Positions 12,963 to 27,500 are shown, counted from the stretch's first letter. The stretch is 64,000 bases of DNA from Bugula neritina (GCA_964035545.1 OZ037766.1:3348001-3412000); one strand, 5' to 3'. The notes: a model not told the origin generated them from the letters alone. Numbers and translations: made by a program.

Positions 12963-14874
12963 AAGACAATTATAGACAGCATATACAATTGACCAATCAT
13001 AAGCATGCTGATATTCCTTATTATATTATATATTTCTATATATAAAACCAAGTACCTTGCTATTTATGGGATAGAATATTATTTATGTTGAATAAATTTT
13101 ACTATAGTAATTTAAGACAATAATATACTAGATAAGCTGCTATTTCATAAATTTATCCTTATATCAAATTATGAAAAATCATACCATGCATGCAGTTATA
13201 TAGCAAAAATAACAATTATTGTAGAAGTTCACACCGCCTGCTCCTTAGATATATGAACTATTAGTTACATATAATAAAATTGTTTACTTCAACTTTTCAA
13301 ATTTAACTGTGGCTTTAATTTCAACTTTCCAACTTTTTGCATATCATAGGATGTTAGAAATATACTATTGTGTACATATGCAGTAATTATTAGCAATTAT
13401 ATAACATGCATATGATATTAGTATAGAAAACTGCCCCAGTACTCTTTGTTTCAATCACACTGCATGGTACACAAAATGAAGTCCACAAATTTACTCATGA
13501 TTTCAGAAATAATAGCTCAAACTTGCCAACTATTGGTTTACATCTGAATAACATTGACATAATTATATTACTGAACTTTCAATAAATGAGATCGTCCTCT
13601 CACTAATTCCTAAACATAATATTGTCAGTGTTTAGAGTTTATTTGGAGTTGTGCTAACTTGGATTAGGTTAGTTTATAATAGCAACCTTATCATATATTT
13701 ATACATATATGTGCAATGTTTATATAAAATATCTCACCTTATTATACATATATTTTTCATATAACATTTTACTACACTCTATATCATGATGCATTCTTAT
13801 ACATGCATTGATATATCATTATTCTTTATGATATAAAAACCTATATTGTTTATCTCTTCACAAGCATGCAATGACTGTATATATAGTAACTTTAAACTTG
13901 TGCTGACTTGGTCAAGATTTGTCAAACTCGTTCATATTTTTGTTCAAATGCTCTAATTATTAAGGTAAAATTTGTATACAAGTTTATTAGAATTATTTGA
14001 TCTATAACTTTCAAATAAGACCTTATTCTGATCAGTTTTGCCTATTATATACACATAAGTAGCTTGTAAAAATAAGCACGAAAACAAACAATATAAATTC
14101 ATCATCTAAAAAAATTACATATTCAAAATATGATATATTTATTTATGACAAATATTATGCTTTAGCAATAATATTAATCTATAAAAGGAATGTTCATACA
14201 GTTGGAAGGCTAGTTTTATTACTATATCAGAGTTGTGTTTCCTTAACTCTGGTCTTAAAAAATCAATTTTACATGCTTCAATGGCTTTTAATGTCAAACA
14301 AATCATTTTTTGCATAAGTTTTAAATATGATTCATGATAATTTCTTGCACATAAAATAAATGAACTGATCTGAAACTGAACTGAAATGAAAATCAAATGA
14401 ACTGGTGAATATAGTAATCTTCAATTTAACTAATACATGTGTGCGAATATATAATATATGGAGCAGCAAGTGGTTAAAAGTATACTTATTGTATCTCATA
14501 TTATATAGGCTTACATGCAGTAAAGTATTTAGCCATAATTCTTCCTCATATACTCGCAAAGCGATCTCATAGGTCTATATATATAATTTGCTCTCATACC
14601 TATCATTATTTATGCTCTTATAGGTCTGTAGCTAATACCAGAGATTTTATTTATCATTTTATTCAACATTTTGAGCATATTTGCAGCTAAGGGAAAAGCA
14701 CAATTTTTCTCTCAAATGTATAAATATTGGTTGCCAGTAAAAAAAGAGCTCAATAAGTCAGATATACTACTTTCAAGTTATCTGGTGAAAAATAAATAAT
14801 TACTATATAACTATTAAAACAAATTTATTTAAAAAAAATTATACTGTTGCTAGGTTTTTTAAATTTCATCTTTT

Positions 14875-14879
<5 letters not shown>

Positions 14880-14964
<85 letters not shown>

Positions 14965-14967
14965 ATA
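14880..14967. repeat. (TA)n(TG)n microsatellite, paralogue of 1997-2077
   Basis: Directly visible. Confidence 0.97.
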
Positions 14968-16560
14968 ATAATATATCTGTAAGTAAATGCATGTCAGCAA
15001 ATAACATGCATGTACTAAATTTTTGTTTGAGTGGCAATATTTTTGTTTACATGCTGATTATAATGCATGCAAATTTTGTATATAATTCCCTATATGTGTA
15101 AGATTTTGACTTTGTGTACACACAGACTGGTATACTATAGCTCCGTGTCAATAGACGTTTCTACAAAAGCTGCTTTCATTTGACGATTGAGTTATTTATG
15201 TGTAAATCAAATACAAAGCTTTATTGCTGCCTGAAAATATGCTTCAATCATTTATTGTACAATTCAATTCTAGTCTATACAATAAAACTAATTACCATTA
15301 ACATTGAAACAAACAGCAGTTCAAAAGCCCATTAGAATGAATTACACAATGCGTCAATTGTTATGCAAACATAAAAAACAAATTTTTGACCGCACCAAGG
15401 CGTTTTGATATAAGGATGAGGGGATAAAAGTTATTGATTTCAACTATAGTAACTTGAGTATACTAATCTTTATATACAAAAAGCCACCCCTTAACTTTGT
15501 TAATTCTCCCAATTCTCATATAAATTATTTTTAACTGTTTAATGCTTATAGCTTTTATCAAAAACATAACACCATTCACTATTTAAGCCAGGAGCATTGG
15601 CAGTTTTCAGATTTAGCCTTTATAAATTTATTCAATCTTTTCTTTGCATCTTGTTAAGGACTTCTGAACTCTAGCTAACCATTTTATTAATTGAAAATTA
15701 ATCACTGCAGGTATAAACTGATTCACCGCAGCCATGTGCATGGTTAGCAGAAAGAATAGAAAGTTTCTGTTTGAATGGTTTATTATTCTTCTCACTGAAT
15801 ATTGTAATCAAGTATTATCATAGAGTAGGTTCAGTTCTTGTTAGCTACATGCTAATTATATCTTATACAAAGTTCCTTATATCACAACACTTCACGGCAC
15901 AATTGCATTCGACAAGATTACATTCAACTTTTATTGCTATGATCTATAAAATGGTATGACCTAGTCAACATTTGTCCAAACATACCAATTATCATGGCAA
16001 GGAGCCTGGTGTTTGTAATGTTTTTTTAATGAATATTTTATCAACTAGTAACCTTAACCATGACTCAATGCTGGTCGAATAAGCATTTGCAAGTTATATA
16101 TAAAACAGAGAGTATGACACTAGGCAATGCATTAGTCTACATCCATTCAACTTGTAAAGAGGATTTCTCACTTACACGTTAGTTAAGTTTCAACTACTTA
16201 TTTTATATCTTACTGTTTATACATCACAACATTATACTGTATAGTTATATATATTATACACGCAAGCTTGGTAATAGAGCTTGCTGACAGCAATACTTAT
16301 ACAAGGAACAGAATCAACAAAAACATCACAGGTATGTGTAATATATACAATCATATAAATTTTATAACTATTTTTGCATTAAAACATGTCAATTTTCCCT
16401 CACTGAGATTAGAACCAAAGTTATCTGGGTTACTTAAGATTTCGAGTTTACAATTACACTGCAAGGGCCACTGGGTAATCTCCAGGCTTTGTAATGAGAC
16501 TAAAAAAAGGACACACTATAAGGCAGTTGGAGGTGTATATGCAATATAACAAAGTCTATA

Positions 16561-19500
16561 CACAGAGAGAAATATTAGTGCAGTGCTTGCACTAAAGTTG
16601 TTCAAAGAGCCTTTTATTGTCAGTATAGCCTGCACCACACCTCTAATAGTTGTTAGACCTGCACTTATTTTGATGAAATTGAAAATTAATCCGGTTAGTG
16701 TAAGCTGAAAAATATTTTGTAGTAGCTCTGAAACCACTTAGTTGTTAAGTCAATGCTACTTTTCACAAGTATTACGTAATTATCATCCCTAGGTCTTAAT
16801 GAAGCTAAACAGTAATTGATAGGAGCAGAAAGTGAGATCAATGCTACAACTACATATGTTCAAGCAAAATTTTATTTACATAAGAATTATGGAACAATCG
16901 GCAGTTGTTCACCTAACGACATTATTCATTCACATGTGCACTAATGATGATCACAAACCTTTATAGGAAGCTAGGATAGAGTTGAACCCTACATTTGGGT
17001 CATTTTGATTGGTGCTTCCCAGTTAGATGCTATTTATACATTTTACGTGCAATTTATTTGAATACTATTGAAATATATGTGCATTTAAATAAATTTGAGT
17101 CAATTGCTTTCTATAATTGGCACACAAATAAATTTTTTTGCTCTGCATAAACCTATTAATTTTGCATTTTCTATATTTTTTGTTTTTTGAAAAAATGTTA
17201 TTATTAATGCATTTAATGCTTTTTTTCAACACAAATTTGGAAAAATTTAAATATTATTGCAAATATATCATATTAATGGTTATTTTATTTTTAGCAATTG
17301 ATATGAAAGTTATTTAAGGGTATATAGGTATATAATACTTAGTACCAAAACAAAAATTACAACCTAACTGAGGAGCATATAAGTGAAATGAAACTCCCTC
17401 AACCTACTAGCTGTTTATGATTTCGAAATTTTTTTGAACCCAAGACATTTTCAAATAGCTTGTTACCAGACTACTATTAAACATTGCCCCACTCCGTTTA
17501 TCAAAGACTTAAGTTGAATTTATCAACAAAAAATTTCAACTGCACATATCTCTTGCATGGGTAGTTTAGGCTTCACTAGTCAATTTCATTCATGGAAAGG
17601 AAAGCCAACTAATTTAAAATGTGTGTAAAAGAGAAATCAGGGAGATGCACCATTAAACTCCAATGTACTCAGTTATCAGCAAATGTGTTTCAAACAAGAA
17701 GCTTAAAATTAACAATGAAACAAGCTACTGAATAGTCAATTGTGGATCAGGTGAACCACTTCAAAAGCCTTGTGTAAACTACCTGGTGGAACAAAAGAAG
17801 ATGTTGCATAACAGAGCTATAGTAAGGAAATATTTAAATTGTAATTCAAAGGCAAGAAACTGGCTTACCAAGCATCGAAAGCGCAAAACAAAGGTTATTA
17901 CATAACAGCACATAGTTTTCATTCACAGCTATTGACAGAAGAAATATTCTGCCGGCATAGTGAACACCAGAGGCTCAGACTAAGAGGTTGTGCTTTGAGA
18001 TTCAGTGAATTTGTGCTTCCAAACAACCTCACAACATGGAAAACATTGAATCATTTCATCACATGGGTAAAGATTGCAGCTACCTCTCAGAGATAGAAGA
18101 TGATCACTTTCTTTCAGAGTTAGGAACTGAAGTTGTCATTGCAGCAAAAGGTAAGCTCAATCATTTGCTCAACGTTGTCATTTTATATCATAATGACAGT
18201 ATGACTATTGCTGTAGACAGATAATTGAATTTGTGCAACTATAACTTTTAAGAGACCACATTACCTGATATTTCCCAAACTACTCTATTCCTATATCAAT
18301 TTGATACAAGTTTTCCTGTAACAATATATTTTCAAAAAATGTAGCGTTTTATTTCCACTTCACCTTCTAGCAATTTGTGCTAAATTCATTAATTTGAATC
18401 CCCCCCCCATTGTAGAAGTATTCATATTGTTAATAATGCAGTTTAGCAGCCTACAAGTAGTTATTAGCCTTAAGCAGCTGCCAAGCTAGCTTCTTGTTTT
18501 ATAGCTAAGTACCAAATTGCCAATATTAGTGGTGAGTTGGCAAAGTTGGCAAAATTTTTCATTAACTTCCTTGTCACCAGTTTATTCTTTTATTTATCTT
18601 TGCACAGCACAATTAAATATATAAAAACATGTTTAAGTAGCAATATTTTTCTTGGTAGTACTTTATTTGTTTTTCAATTTATAGACATACTGAAACTTAT
18701 CAATATCTGTTATCTCGATATGAGGGGTCCATATAAAATGCTGACTCTAGCTTAAATTGTGATTCACTGACATTTTGAGATAATTTTAATGCAGAGAAGC
18801 TTCTATTAACTAAACTAATTATGCCCAACAGCTCTTGCATTTGTAATTAAGAAAGGAGTAAAATAAAATGCCGGCAAAAATTGTTAGTAAATTTTGATAA
18901 GCTCAAACTAACACAAACACTACGCAACATAATGATCATAACTTTGCCAAAGCCTGTATGGTTATTCAGAATCAAACGATTGGTACTATGGTGCTGAAAA
19001 TATGCTAAAAGATTCATAGCTAACATCATTGATACTATTAGTTTTGGCCTTAGACTTCAGCTTCTTCAAAGTTGAACTTAATTCATTTACGCTGCTTGTG
19101 ATTGTATATCTTAACCAAATCTTTACTGTTTATACTAATACAGTTTAAATATTACCCAACTTTTATCTTTTGTTGTAGATCCCATAACATTTTTTAAGAC
19201 CATGCACTCAAAGATGCTGAATAGGAGCACAAAAAAGAATTTGACCGCTACAAAACTTTGAATCATGCTGAGACCTTCAGCCTGCAAGCAGGCGCACTCA
19301 CCACTACATTACAAGCGTCACTGGGTGCTCTCGTCACTACACCTTACCCACTTTTCAAGAACTCAGCTGCCTTTTTTATACTACTCCTTCAAGCTTCCCT
19401 GACCACTCAACTCCTCTCGGAGTTCTACCACACTTTACTAACCGCTGGAATTAGTTATAAAACTTCCTCCTCCCCCCCTCCCGTATTTGGGTTACTATCA

Positions 19501-20263
19501 CAGACCTCGGACTTGCACACAGGTGTGCTAACCATTACACAACGCAACTGCTTGGTTATCGCTACACTACAGAGCAAGAATGTAATGACACACACTATGG
19601 TCTTAGCAGGTTCTGCTAATATTGAGAAAAGTTTACTGAATTTACAGTCGTAGAAAAATTCTGCAAATGCTTATTTTCATGTTTTTTTTCTTATTTTAAT
19701 CTTTAGAAGTTATTTTTTGTTGCATTTCTTATATTCAACTATCATATACAATAAAATCCACATTACTATACTCTCATACTGGTTAGAAGTTATGACAAGT
19801 TAGTTCAGAGTGATCAGTAATAATTTTTGCAGAAGCTTATTTCCAACAAAAATTAGAGCAGCATGGAACATTTATAAGTTCAGCTTTGAATATAACTTAG
19901 TTCAGCATTGAGCATATCTAAGATCATCATTGAACAGAAATAAGATCATCATTAAACATATATAATATCACTATTGAACATAAATAAGATCACTATTAAA
20001 CATATATAATATCACTATTGAGCATAAATAAGATCACCATCGAAAATATTTAAGCTCACCATTGAACATAACTTGGCTCATTGTGATAAATACAAAGAAT
20101 CAACTTCACAACTCTTGATATCAACATTGATCTAACATACTATTCACTGTGAACAGTACCTGACACTAATTTCTATTCACTGCTGGTCAATTTAGGGATC
20201 CAAAAAACGAGAGGTTTTAGTTGTCAGCTTATGTTCACTCTAACACTAATATTTCTCTCTGTG
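16561..20263. mobile_element. 3.7-kb non-autonomous DNA transposon, CACTA/EnSpm(CMC)-like
   Basis: Perfect 20-bp TIR cacagagagaaatattagtg / cactaatatttctctctgtg; TA on both sides; empty site in the paralogous block near 3653; subterminal 22-bp tandem repeats. Superfamily inferred from the CAC...GTG ends and 2-bp TSD. Confidence 0.85.
19880..20072. repeat. About 8 degenerate 22-bp tandem repeats (cattgaacataaataagatcac-like), subterminal in the CACTA-like element
   Basis: Directly visible periodic repeat. Confidence 0.85.
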
Positions 20264-20351
20264 TAACCAGACAATCTCATCATAAAGAAATCTGTGTTGA
20301 ATACTTTTAATAGTTATTTTTATTTACCTACCACTCTTTTAGGTTACAGAA

Positions 20352-20498
20352 ATGGCAGAACCCAACACAAATCAGGAAAACCCTGATGATGGTGGAACAG
20401 AAGTGGAGGAAACTGAGCCTGTAATTAACAGAGTATTTGAAATTCAGGACAGCCAGAGTAGACTTATCACTCAGGATAAACTACCTCTGTTCCTATAA
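20352..20498 (+). CDS. Acidic micropeptide, copy 4 (type A), 48 aa: MAEPNTNQENPDDGGTEVEETEPVINRVFEIQDSQSRLITQDKLPLFL
   Basis: First 34 codons identical to copy 1; acceptor AG 20341-20342; donor at 16332, with the intron expanded by a 3.7-kb DNA transposon. Confidence 0.8.
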   Translation: MAEPNTNQENPDDGGTEVEETEPVINRVFEIQDSQSRLITQDKLPLFL

Positions 20499-22232
20499 TA
20501 AGCTGCACACGGTAGAAATAAAGATTTAGAAATTGGGATTTAAAAGCTAAAAAGACAAATAAAGCAATAGCTATAATGTCGCAAAAAGTTAGGATCGTGT
20601 TTTGTTAGAATATAATATACAATATGATCATTATTCTCTAGCATATCATATTTTGCCCAGTGTGAAGAATTTTTTTAAGCTATAAATGCTCTCCATTTGT
20701 AATTTTGAGACTAATATAGTGTAAGAGGCAGACTAATGATATTAAAAATAATTCACAGTCTAACAGTTGTATATATAAGTATATTTTATGTGTATCTGTT
20801 ATGTGTCTATAATTTTCTCCTACAATTCTAAAACATACTTCACACAAACTCCAAGCAGATGCCTATATTTGTGTGATGTAACAGTTTATTTCACTATTGT
20901 ACTGAGCAATATTTATATAAACAGCTATAATCAATAGTACAAAGTATGCTGTTATACATAAAAACAAAATTATGAATAAGTTGGACAAATTGTGACTTGA
21001 TGACAATGGTTCTATATATTGTATATTCCTAATAGCTTCTTATTATTGCAGCTTAAACCAGCTATCGTGAGAATAAATGGTATTTAATTAGCAGTTTTAC
21101 AGTTAATCGAAAACTTGCTAAAACGCATATATTTTGTTTTATTTATTTATTTAATACATTGCTTTTGACACAAATAAACAAAATTTTGGAATAATTATGA
21201 ATGATTTTGACAAATTTTGACCAAGTGAGTTCATGCCTAAACCCACTATTGATTTTTACGTGGAGATCAACAGCTTATTGTTTATTGATTATTAAGAATG
21301 TATAATTGACTGCCTTTTCTTATTACAGGTGCCTGTAGCGATGCTGTGTGCAGATTTTATAACATTATATAGTACAATCATACATTGTAGAACGATTTTT
21401 ATTTTCCGATTGTTTCCTGTGACAAACTTTAAACTGCAAGTTGTTTCTCTCACATGTGTGAAGGCTATGTGTAGAGAGTTTGGACTTGGTTTGACTGAGT
21501 CAACACTTTTCAAAACTCATTCACTTACTGTATATAACTATAAACAAAGGTTTTTGTAGATAGAAAACGGAGAGTACGATAATAATTTAGGATAACATGC
21601 ACATATAGTATTTGTCTGTAGTAAGTGTTGCTATTGCAGCCATCAGATCTTAATGGTAAGTGTTGATCCAACAACGTCGATATTTTAATATGTGCTCTTC
21701 GGTTGAGCAACATGTTATTAACACTATTAGTAGAGTGCAATGATGTGCATTTTGTGAAAACCTGATTTATATATCAAAACAATAAATGTAATTTTTGTTG
21801 TTTATGTGTAATTTATACATTAATGAACACAAAATAAACATTAGTTATATTAATATTCAATGAGCTATATTATGATAATAATTAAGAACCTTTTCTGCAT
21901 TCCAAGTAAGTGTAAGGCCAAAAATGGGACATGGTGTGCAGATTTTCATGCTAATAATATGCTGAGCTCGTGTGGGTTTGATTTAATTGGCTGATTACCA
22001 TTTGGTGAGCACACTATTTTTATTTCAATTCACATTTTAGCTTTTAGCTAACTGAATTAAAACAGTTTCCTCTAGTTTGCATTTTTACTTTCAACAATCA
22101 AAGTCACTTTACCGATGACGTAGTTTAAAAACAAACGTTTGTAGGCGAGCAGTAAAGTTTGACTCCAAGATCATTAGCTGATAAATTTCCGCACTCACAA
22201 CACACTCATTGTGTGTAGCAGGTCACTCCTAG

Positions 22233-22739
22233 TGTAGTAGATTTGTGGGTTATAGAATTAAATCAGGCAGAGAACATAACTCCTTGCTATAGAAGAGACA
22301 AGAGAGAGGTGACTTCGTGTGTGTATAGTGATCTTTATTATAACAAAGATGTATACAGCTCGGACTCCAGTCTTGAAGTGCTGAGCTGGGCAAAAACGCG
22401 TGCTTTTATACTGACAAAAGACGGGGATTTGGGCCTTCCAGAACATTCCACCGACAGCGGAGCCGATGTTCAGCAGGGGTACTGACATTCGTCGTGTCGG
22501 TTACCGACACTGGACATGTTTGTAGCCGATATTCGGTCTGCCTGTATCCACCTGCTGACATTGGTACATCTGTCGGTTTACAAGTATAAAGAAAAGAATC
22601 AACCAAGAGTATTGTAATGAATGAAGAAAAGAAAAGAAAAGGGCAAACCATAAGTGTTATAATAACTGAGACTGTGTCTGTAATACTAGTTATGGGAATG
22701 GGGCAAGGGGGATAACTTGATATCTGGATATTTACTACA
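22233..22739 (-). mobile_element. Solo LTR, 507 bp
   Basis: Ends TGTAGTA...TACTACA; 4-bp TSD CTAG/CCAG (one mismatch); absent from the paralogous site near 5610; AATAAA on the minus strand near 22335. Confidence 0.82.
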
Positions 22740-22864
22740 CCAGGACGAGATTTCAAAATTTTTGAACCCTTTTTGGATAATCCACGTTGTGTGGCCCTGT
22801 ATAGAGCGAAATGTATTATAATGCAATGCACAAGCAAAAATGTATCACAGCTATGTATTCTCAT

Positions 22865-23448
22865 TGATTGATTGATTTATTACATATCACAAACATGACA
22901 ACACGTTGCAAAATTCAGTGTAAATACTGGCTATAATAAGTAGGAATGAACAAAAATAAGAGAAAAAAATCAAAACTCTGTTGGATTATTTAAAATAAAA
23001 GCTCATTTAAAGTATTTACAAGATGTCGCAAGAAGCTATCTCTGCCCCATGCCCCTTTATATTTGATGGTTCGATATCTTCCAGAAGGGCATTGACTCAG
23101 AAATTTATTGATGAAATGGTCATTGTTCATTATATATTTGATGGCAAGTTCTTTAGTGAGTTTCTGAATGTGCAAATCAATGTTTAGATACTCAATTCCG
23201 AGTTTTGAGCAATCTTTGAGAATTCTTCGAATAGCCTTTTTATCACTGGCATAGATACAAGTAAAAATAGTAGGTAGACAATAGGCGATGCGGAACATGA
23301 TGAAACTTTTGAATAACATATTTGCTAGAGGTTTAGAGCTAAGATACGCAACATTCTTCACAATATACATTCTTCTTGATACTGTTGTTACTACTGATTG
23401 TACATGTTCATGAAATCTCAAATTCTGATCCACTAACACACACTAACA
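22865..23448 (-). mobile_element. 5'-truncated LINE (CR1/L2/Rex1-like RT C-terminus) with AATAAA and a (TCAA)n tail
   Basis: ORF 22990-23439 (LVDQNLRFHEHVQSV...FKSFIMFRIAYCLP) resembles a post-RT LINE region; tail at 22865-22880; absent at the paralogous site near 5733. Confidence 0.82.
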
Positions 23449-24060
23449 CTATCATTGTAATCATAATAGCTAGCTCAACACTCAACATATGAATAGTTGG
23501 ATTTACCCATGCATCTATAATACGTGTGTCAGTATATGCATTGGAGGAATCAAGAAAGTATTGTGTTGTCATGGTCATATAATATGTTGACTGGGTCAAA
23601 GGGTCAGTTCAGCTTTTGTTCACTGTTCGTAGAGTAGTGAAACAAGTACCAAATCCAAATCAATTCATGATCCTTTATCCTACTTCCCTGAGCTAGATTA
23701 AACTATATATACACATGTTATCTATAAATACAGTGACATAACATAAGTACACCCAGAGCAAGGCAGAGGTGCAAAGAGAGAAAATTACTACTTATAATTC
23801 AAGAAAAAGTTATATTTTCTACTATCTGAATAGCTTATATATCCGACTACAATATAATACAGGAATATATTATTCTTTGGAATAAGAATCATTGTATAGG
23901 CAACAATAGGAGAACTACATTACAGCACGAAATTATATTATCAACTGCTCAATCAGGTGAGTAGAATAAGTTATAATATAATGGAGAAAAGATGTATAGT
24001 TACTATTTGGTATGTTCTACGTTGCATTATGTAATAGAGTAATTATCTGGTGCAAATCTA

Positions 24061-24268
24061 TAAGAAAACAGCCGTGGTCTAAGAGTTAGATCGTTTGCCT
24101 ATAGTTAAGCACAAAGTCATGGGTTCGAGCCAAATTGGTGATGTTAGGAAGAGCATCCAGTCATAATTGCTCCTATGCCCCATTTGAATAAGTTCTTGGC
24201 CCAATTTAACAAAAACGTCTTCCATCAGGGGTTCTCACGGGGATGGTGACTATAAACTTGCGTGAGTT
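24061..24268 (+). mobile_element. Same SINE insertion in the duplicated block (intron of copy 5)
   Basis: Intact B-box GGTTCGAGCC near 24122; same TSD. Confidence 0.78.
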
Positions 24269-24387
24269 TTATCTGGTGCATATCTAGCAATCAAATCTGG
24301 TTGGCACACACTGTTTCAAGTTAATCCATTTTTGAGAAAGTTTATACAAAATATCACAGAACATTATTTTATACTGTAGTATACAAA

Positions 24388-24504
24388 ATGGCCGAACCTA
24401 TCAAAAACCAGGAGAATCCAGATGATGGTGGTACAGAGGTAGAAGAAATTGTGACTATAAACAGGATGTCAGAAAGAAACAACATCTGTGTCGGCAGAAA
24501 CTGA
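24388..24504 (+). CDS. Acidic micropeptide, copy 5 (type B), 38 aa: MAEPIKNQENPDDGGTEVEEIVTINRMSERNNICVGRN
   Basis: Paralogue of copy 2; acceptor AG 24378-24379; donor CAG/GTGAGT at 23957. Confidence 0.8.
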   Translation: MAEPIKNQENPDDGGTEVEEIVTINRMSERNNICVGRN

Positions 24505-27500
24505 AAGAAAATATACAGCATATTATGTAATAGAATGAATGAAACAATTGACTAATATAATATTCTCCATTATAGATTGTGCGCTACAACTCAAAACTCA
24601 AGCTATAATAGTTATAAGAATATATTAGAAATTAAGCTAACAATTTACTAATTAATCTCTAGGACCTATTTTTTATGTAATATGTGAATTGTAATAATTG
24701 CATGCTTATAGTAAACTAGTCATTGCGTACAAGTGATCATTGGCATCCTTGACTACAATAGTCATAACATTCATGCTATCTGTGATTTGTATGAGCATTG
24801 AATTTTTCTTTTAGTTTATGAAGTGATACATTAATACTACATAATTATAATACTGTTGGCTTTAAATTCGTTATTTTAACTGTGGCTTTAATTTCACTTT
24901 TCCATCTTTTTGTATATATAACATGTATAGAGGTATTATTGTCAGCTACACATGAATAGCAGGGTGAATGTGAATATTAAAGTATAGAAAACTGATTTAG
25001 TATTCTTTGAATAATTGAATATGATAATTAAATAGGATACAAAGAATAGAAAAACTGCTTAGGTAATTTGTTTGGTTGAGTACACAAATAAAGTCAACAC
25101 ATAAGTGCTTTCAGAATTTCGGAATAGCTAGCTTAAAACTGCCAACTCCTGGTTTCTCATCTGGATAACACACCACATGACTCAATAAATAACAAATGAC
25201 ATCATCCTCTCTCTAACCTCAGGTATTGTCAGTGTGTATAAGAGTTTATTTGGAGTTGTGTTACCTTGAATTAGATGAGTTTCTTAAGAAAACCTTTTAA
25301 GTTTACACACTGCAATATTTATATAAAACATCTAACCTACACAATTCCATAACATTTCACTACACTGCACTCTATATAATACATATTTACATTTATCTCT
25401 CATTACTTTGGAGGACATGCAATGAAACTGAACTGTTTCTTTCTTAACTAAAAACTACAATTATAGTTTTTTTTAAACCTGCAGTATTGACTTGGTCAAC
25501 ATTTCTTGGTCAACTCGTTCATACTTTTCCCTATTCAAATAGACAAATATATGTTACGTTTTGTTATTTTATAATATTATAATTTACACTTTTCACCTCA
25601 ATTAAATATATTAGGTCCGCTTGCATGATGCAAGTCCACTTGTCGATACCTACACCCCTATATAGGCTAGCATCTTTAAAGATATATAACTGTATTAACC
25701 ATAGATTAACCTATTGGACAAAAAGTGTTACATATAATAATTATAAGAATAAAAAGAAAAGAAATAATTATGCACTGGCTATAATTAATTATGAGAGGAT
25801 AATAGTATATTTTCATTAAAAGCAGGATAAAACAGAATAAATTTATGTTAATTTAAATGAATAAATATAGCATATATATAGCTAAAAATCATGCAAATAC
25901 AATATATGAGGACAGTAATTTGAACAGTATATAGATAATTATCCACAAAGACTATGCTAATTGTTCTATGATTCTACATTGAAAAACAGTGTTTTAACAT
26001 TGTTAAGTAAGCTTTTCAAATAATTAATTTTATATACCTTTATATATTATTACAACTGTTTTTTTATCCTGTATGTCTTCCTGTATTAGCCGAAGCAAGG
26101 CCTGTTAAGACAGTCTGAAAAAAAACTTTTTTTTTATTAACCAACATACCTTACAGTCTAAGTCTTGTATCTAAAACCATTTTAGCCTAATTTACTAAAT
26201 GTCAAAATGATCAAATAAATCATATAATAAATTTAGAATTTGCCCACAAAGCTGTGCTATAATTTTTAGATTAAATAAATGTATATATTGAGAGATTCAC
26301 CATAATATAGCCTACACAAAGTTATACTTTTATAAAACCTGAAATTTTATATTTCTCCTGCACTTTATTTTATAAACTCTCTAAAATATGATGAATAATG
26401 TTTAAATAAGAATAAATAACAATAATAAATAAACTATAAACCAGCCCCCAATAAAAAGAGTGTATATATATGACTTGGTCATCATCTGTCAAATCTTGTC
26501 AAAATTTGTCAAAATCGTTCATAACTTTATACTTTTTTGCATTGAAATATTATTTGCTTCTACATTTGTTTTGTTATTCTAAGATCAGCATAATAAGCAA
26601 TGAAGTTGAATTCTATACTAAAAACTTCCCTTTTTATAAATTATTGTTCGTAAGACAGAAAATTTCAATTTTAATAGTTGTTTTTTTATACTTTTTCTTG
26701 ACAGCATATTGTTGTCGCCTGTATAACAACAAATATTGGTGATGAATCATTATTATTAATTAAAATTTGCTTACCAAATAAATTTTAAAATTTTTTAGCA
26801 TAAATCTATAAATTCTGATTGGCTTGTTGGTTTTTTCTTAATTTGTTTATCTTGTAGCCCAAAATTGAATATAAATGTATACTGAAGAAAATACGTACTT
26901 TAATTAAGGTATTATACAATTACAAATAATCATGCAGACAATGTTTAGCTGGTAATAATTTGCAGAATGCTGAAGTTTTATTTAATATTAATTTAATACC
27001 ATCTATATAAGTTGTTCAAACATTATTGGTATGATTTTTAGCCTAGTCATTTAAAGTATAGTGTTTTAAATAAAACTTACATATTATATTGAAATACAAA
27101 TCATTAAAATAAGTATTTAAAAAATTGCAATTTCCTATAGATATAGTTTATGTTCCATCTTAAATAAAAATAGCTTAAATAACTCCCATATATCAGCATT
27201 ATAATATAGATGAGTTACAATTAATGTACACTATGTGCTTTCTAATATATTATTATGTTCATAGAATTACTTTAATAAAGTTATCTTCCCTTGATTTATT
27301 TTGAGCTACAATCATTAGATTTTTACTATTGATAACATAGCCAAATAATTTTTTTAATAGAAAAACAACCCATATGGACCCCTCTCTTGAGTTTAAAAAC
27401 GATATTAAAACTTTCTGTAGCTCTTCAAAATTAATATGGCAGCTGTAATTAACATCTTTTAAAATCAATAAACCTATGAAATATATGTTAGAAGATTTCA

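Larger units (their letters stand above)
1081..13950 (+). repeat. Large tandem repeat unit A1 (12.9 kb; micropeptide copies 1-3)
   Basis: Starts tctaattattaaggtaaaat and ends ...tttttgttcaaatgc; collinear with 13951-32325. Confidence 0.93.

Noticed and set aside
12785-13051. Minus-strand 88-aa ORF, and off-frame ORFs 35068-35301 and 47547-47750
   Set aside because: Antisense or alternative-frame shadows of the micropeptide exons; the synonymous pattern supports only the MAEP/MASAEP frame.
22243-22864. ORFs 22243-22485, 22258-22488 and 22406-22864
   Set aside because: They lie within or across the solo LTR; absent from the paralogous block.
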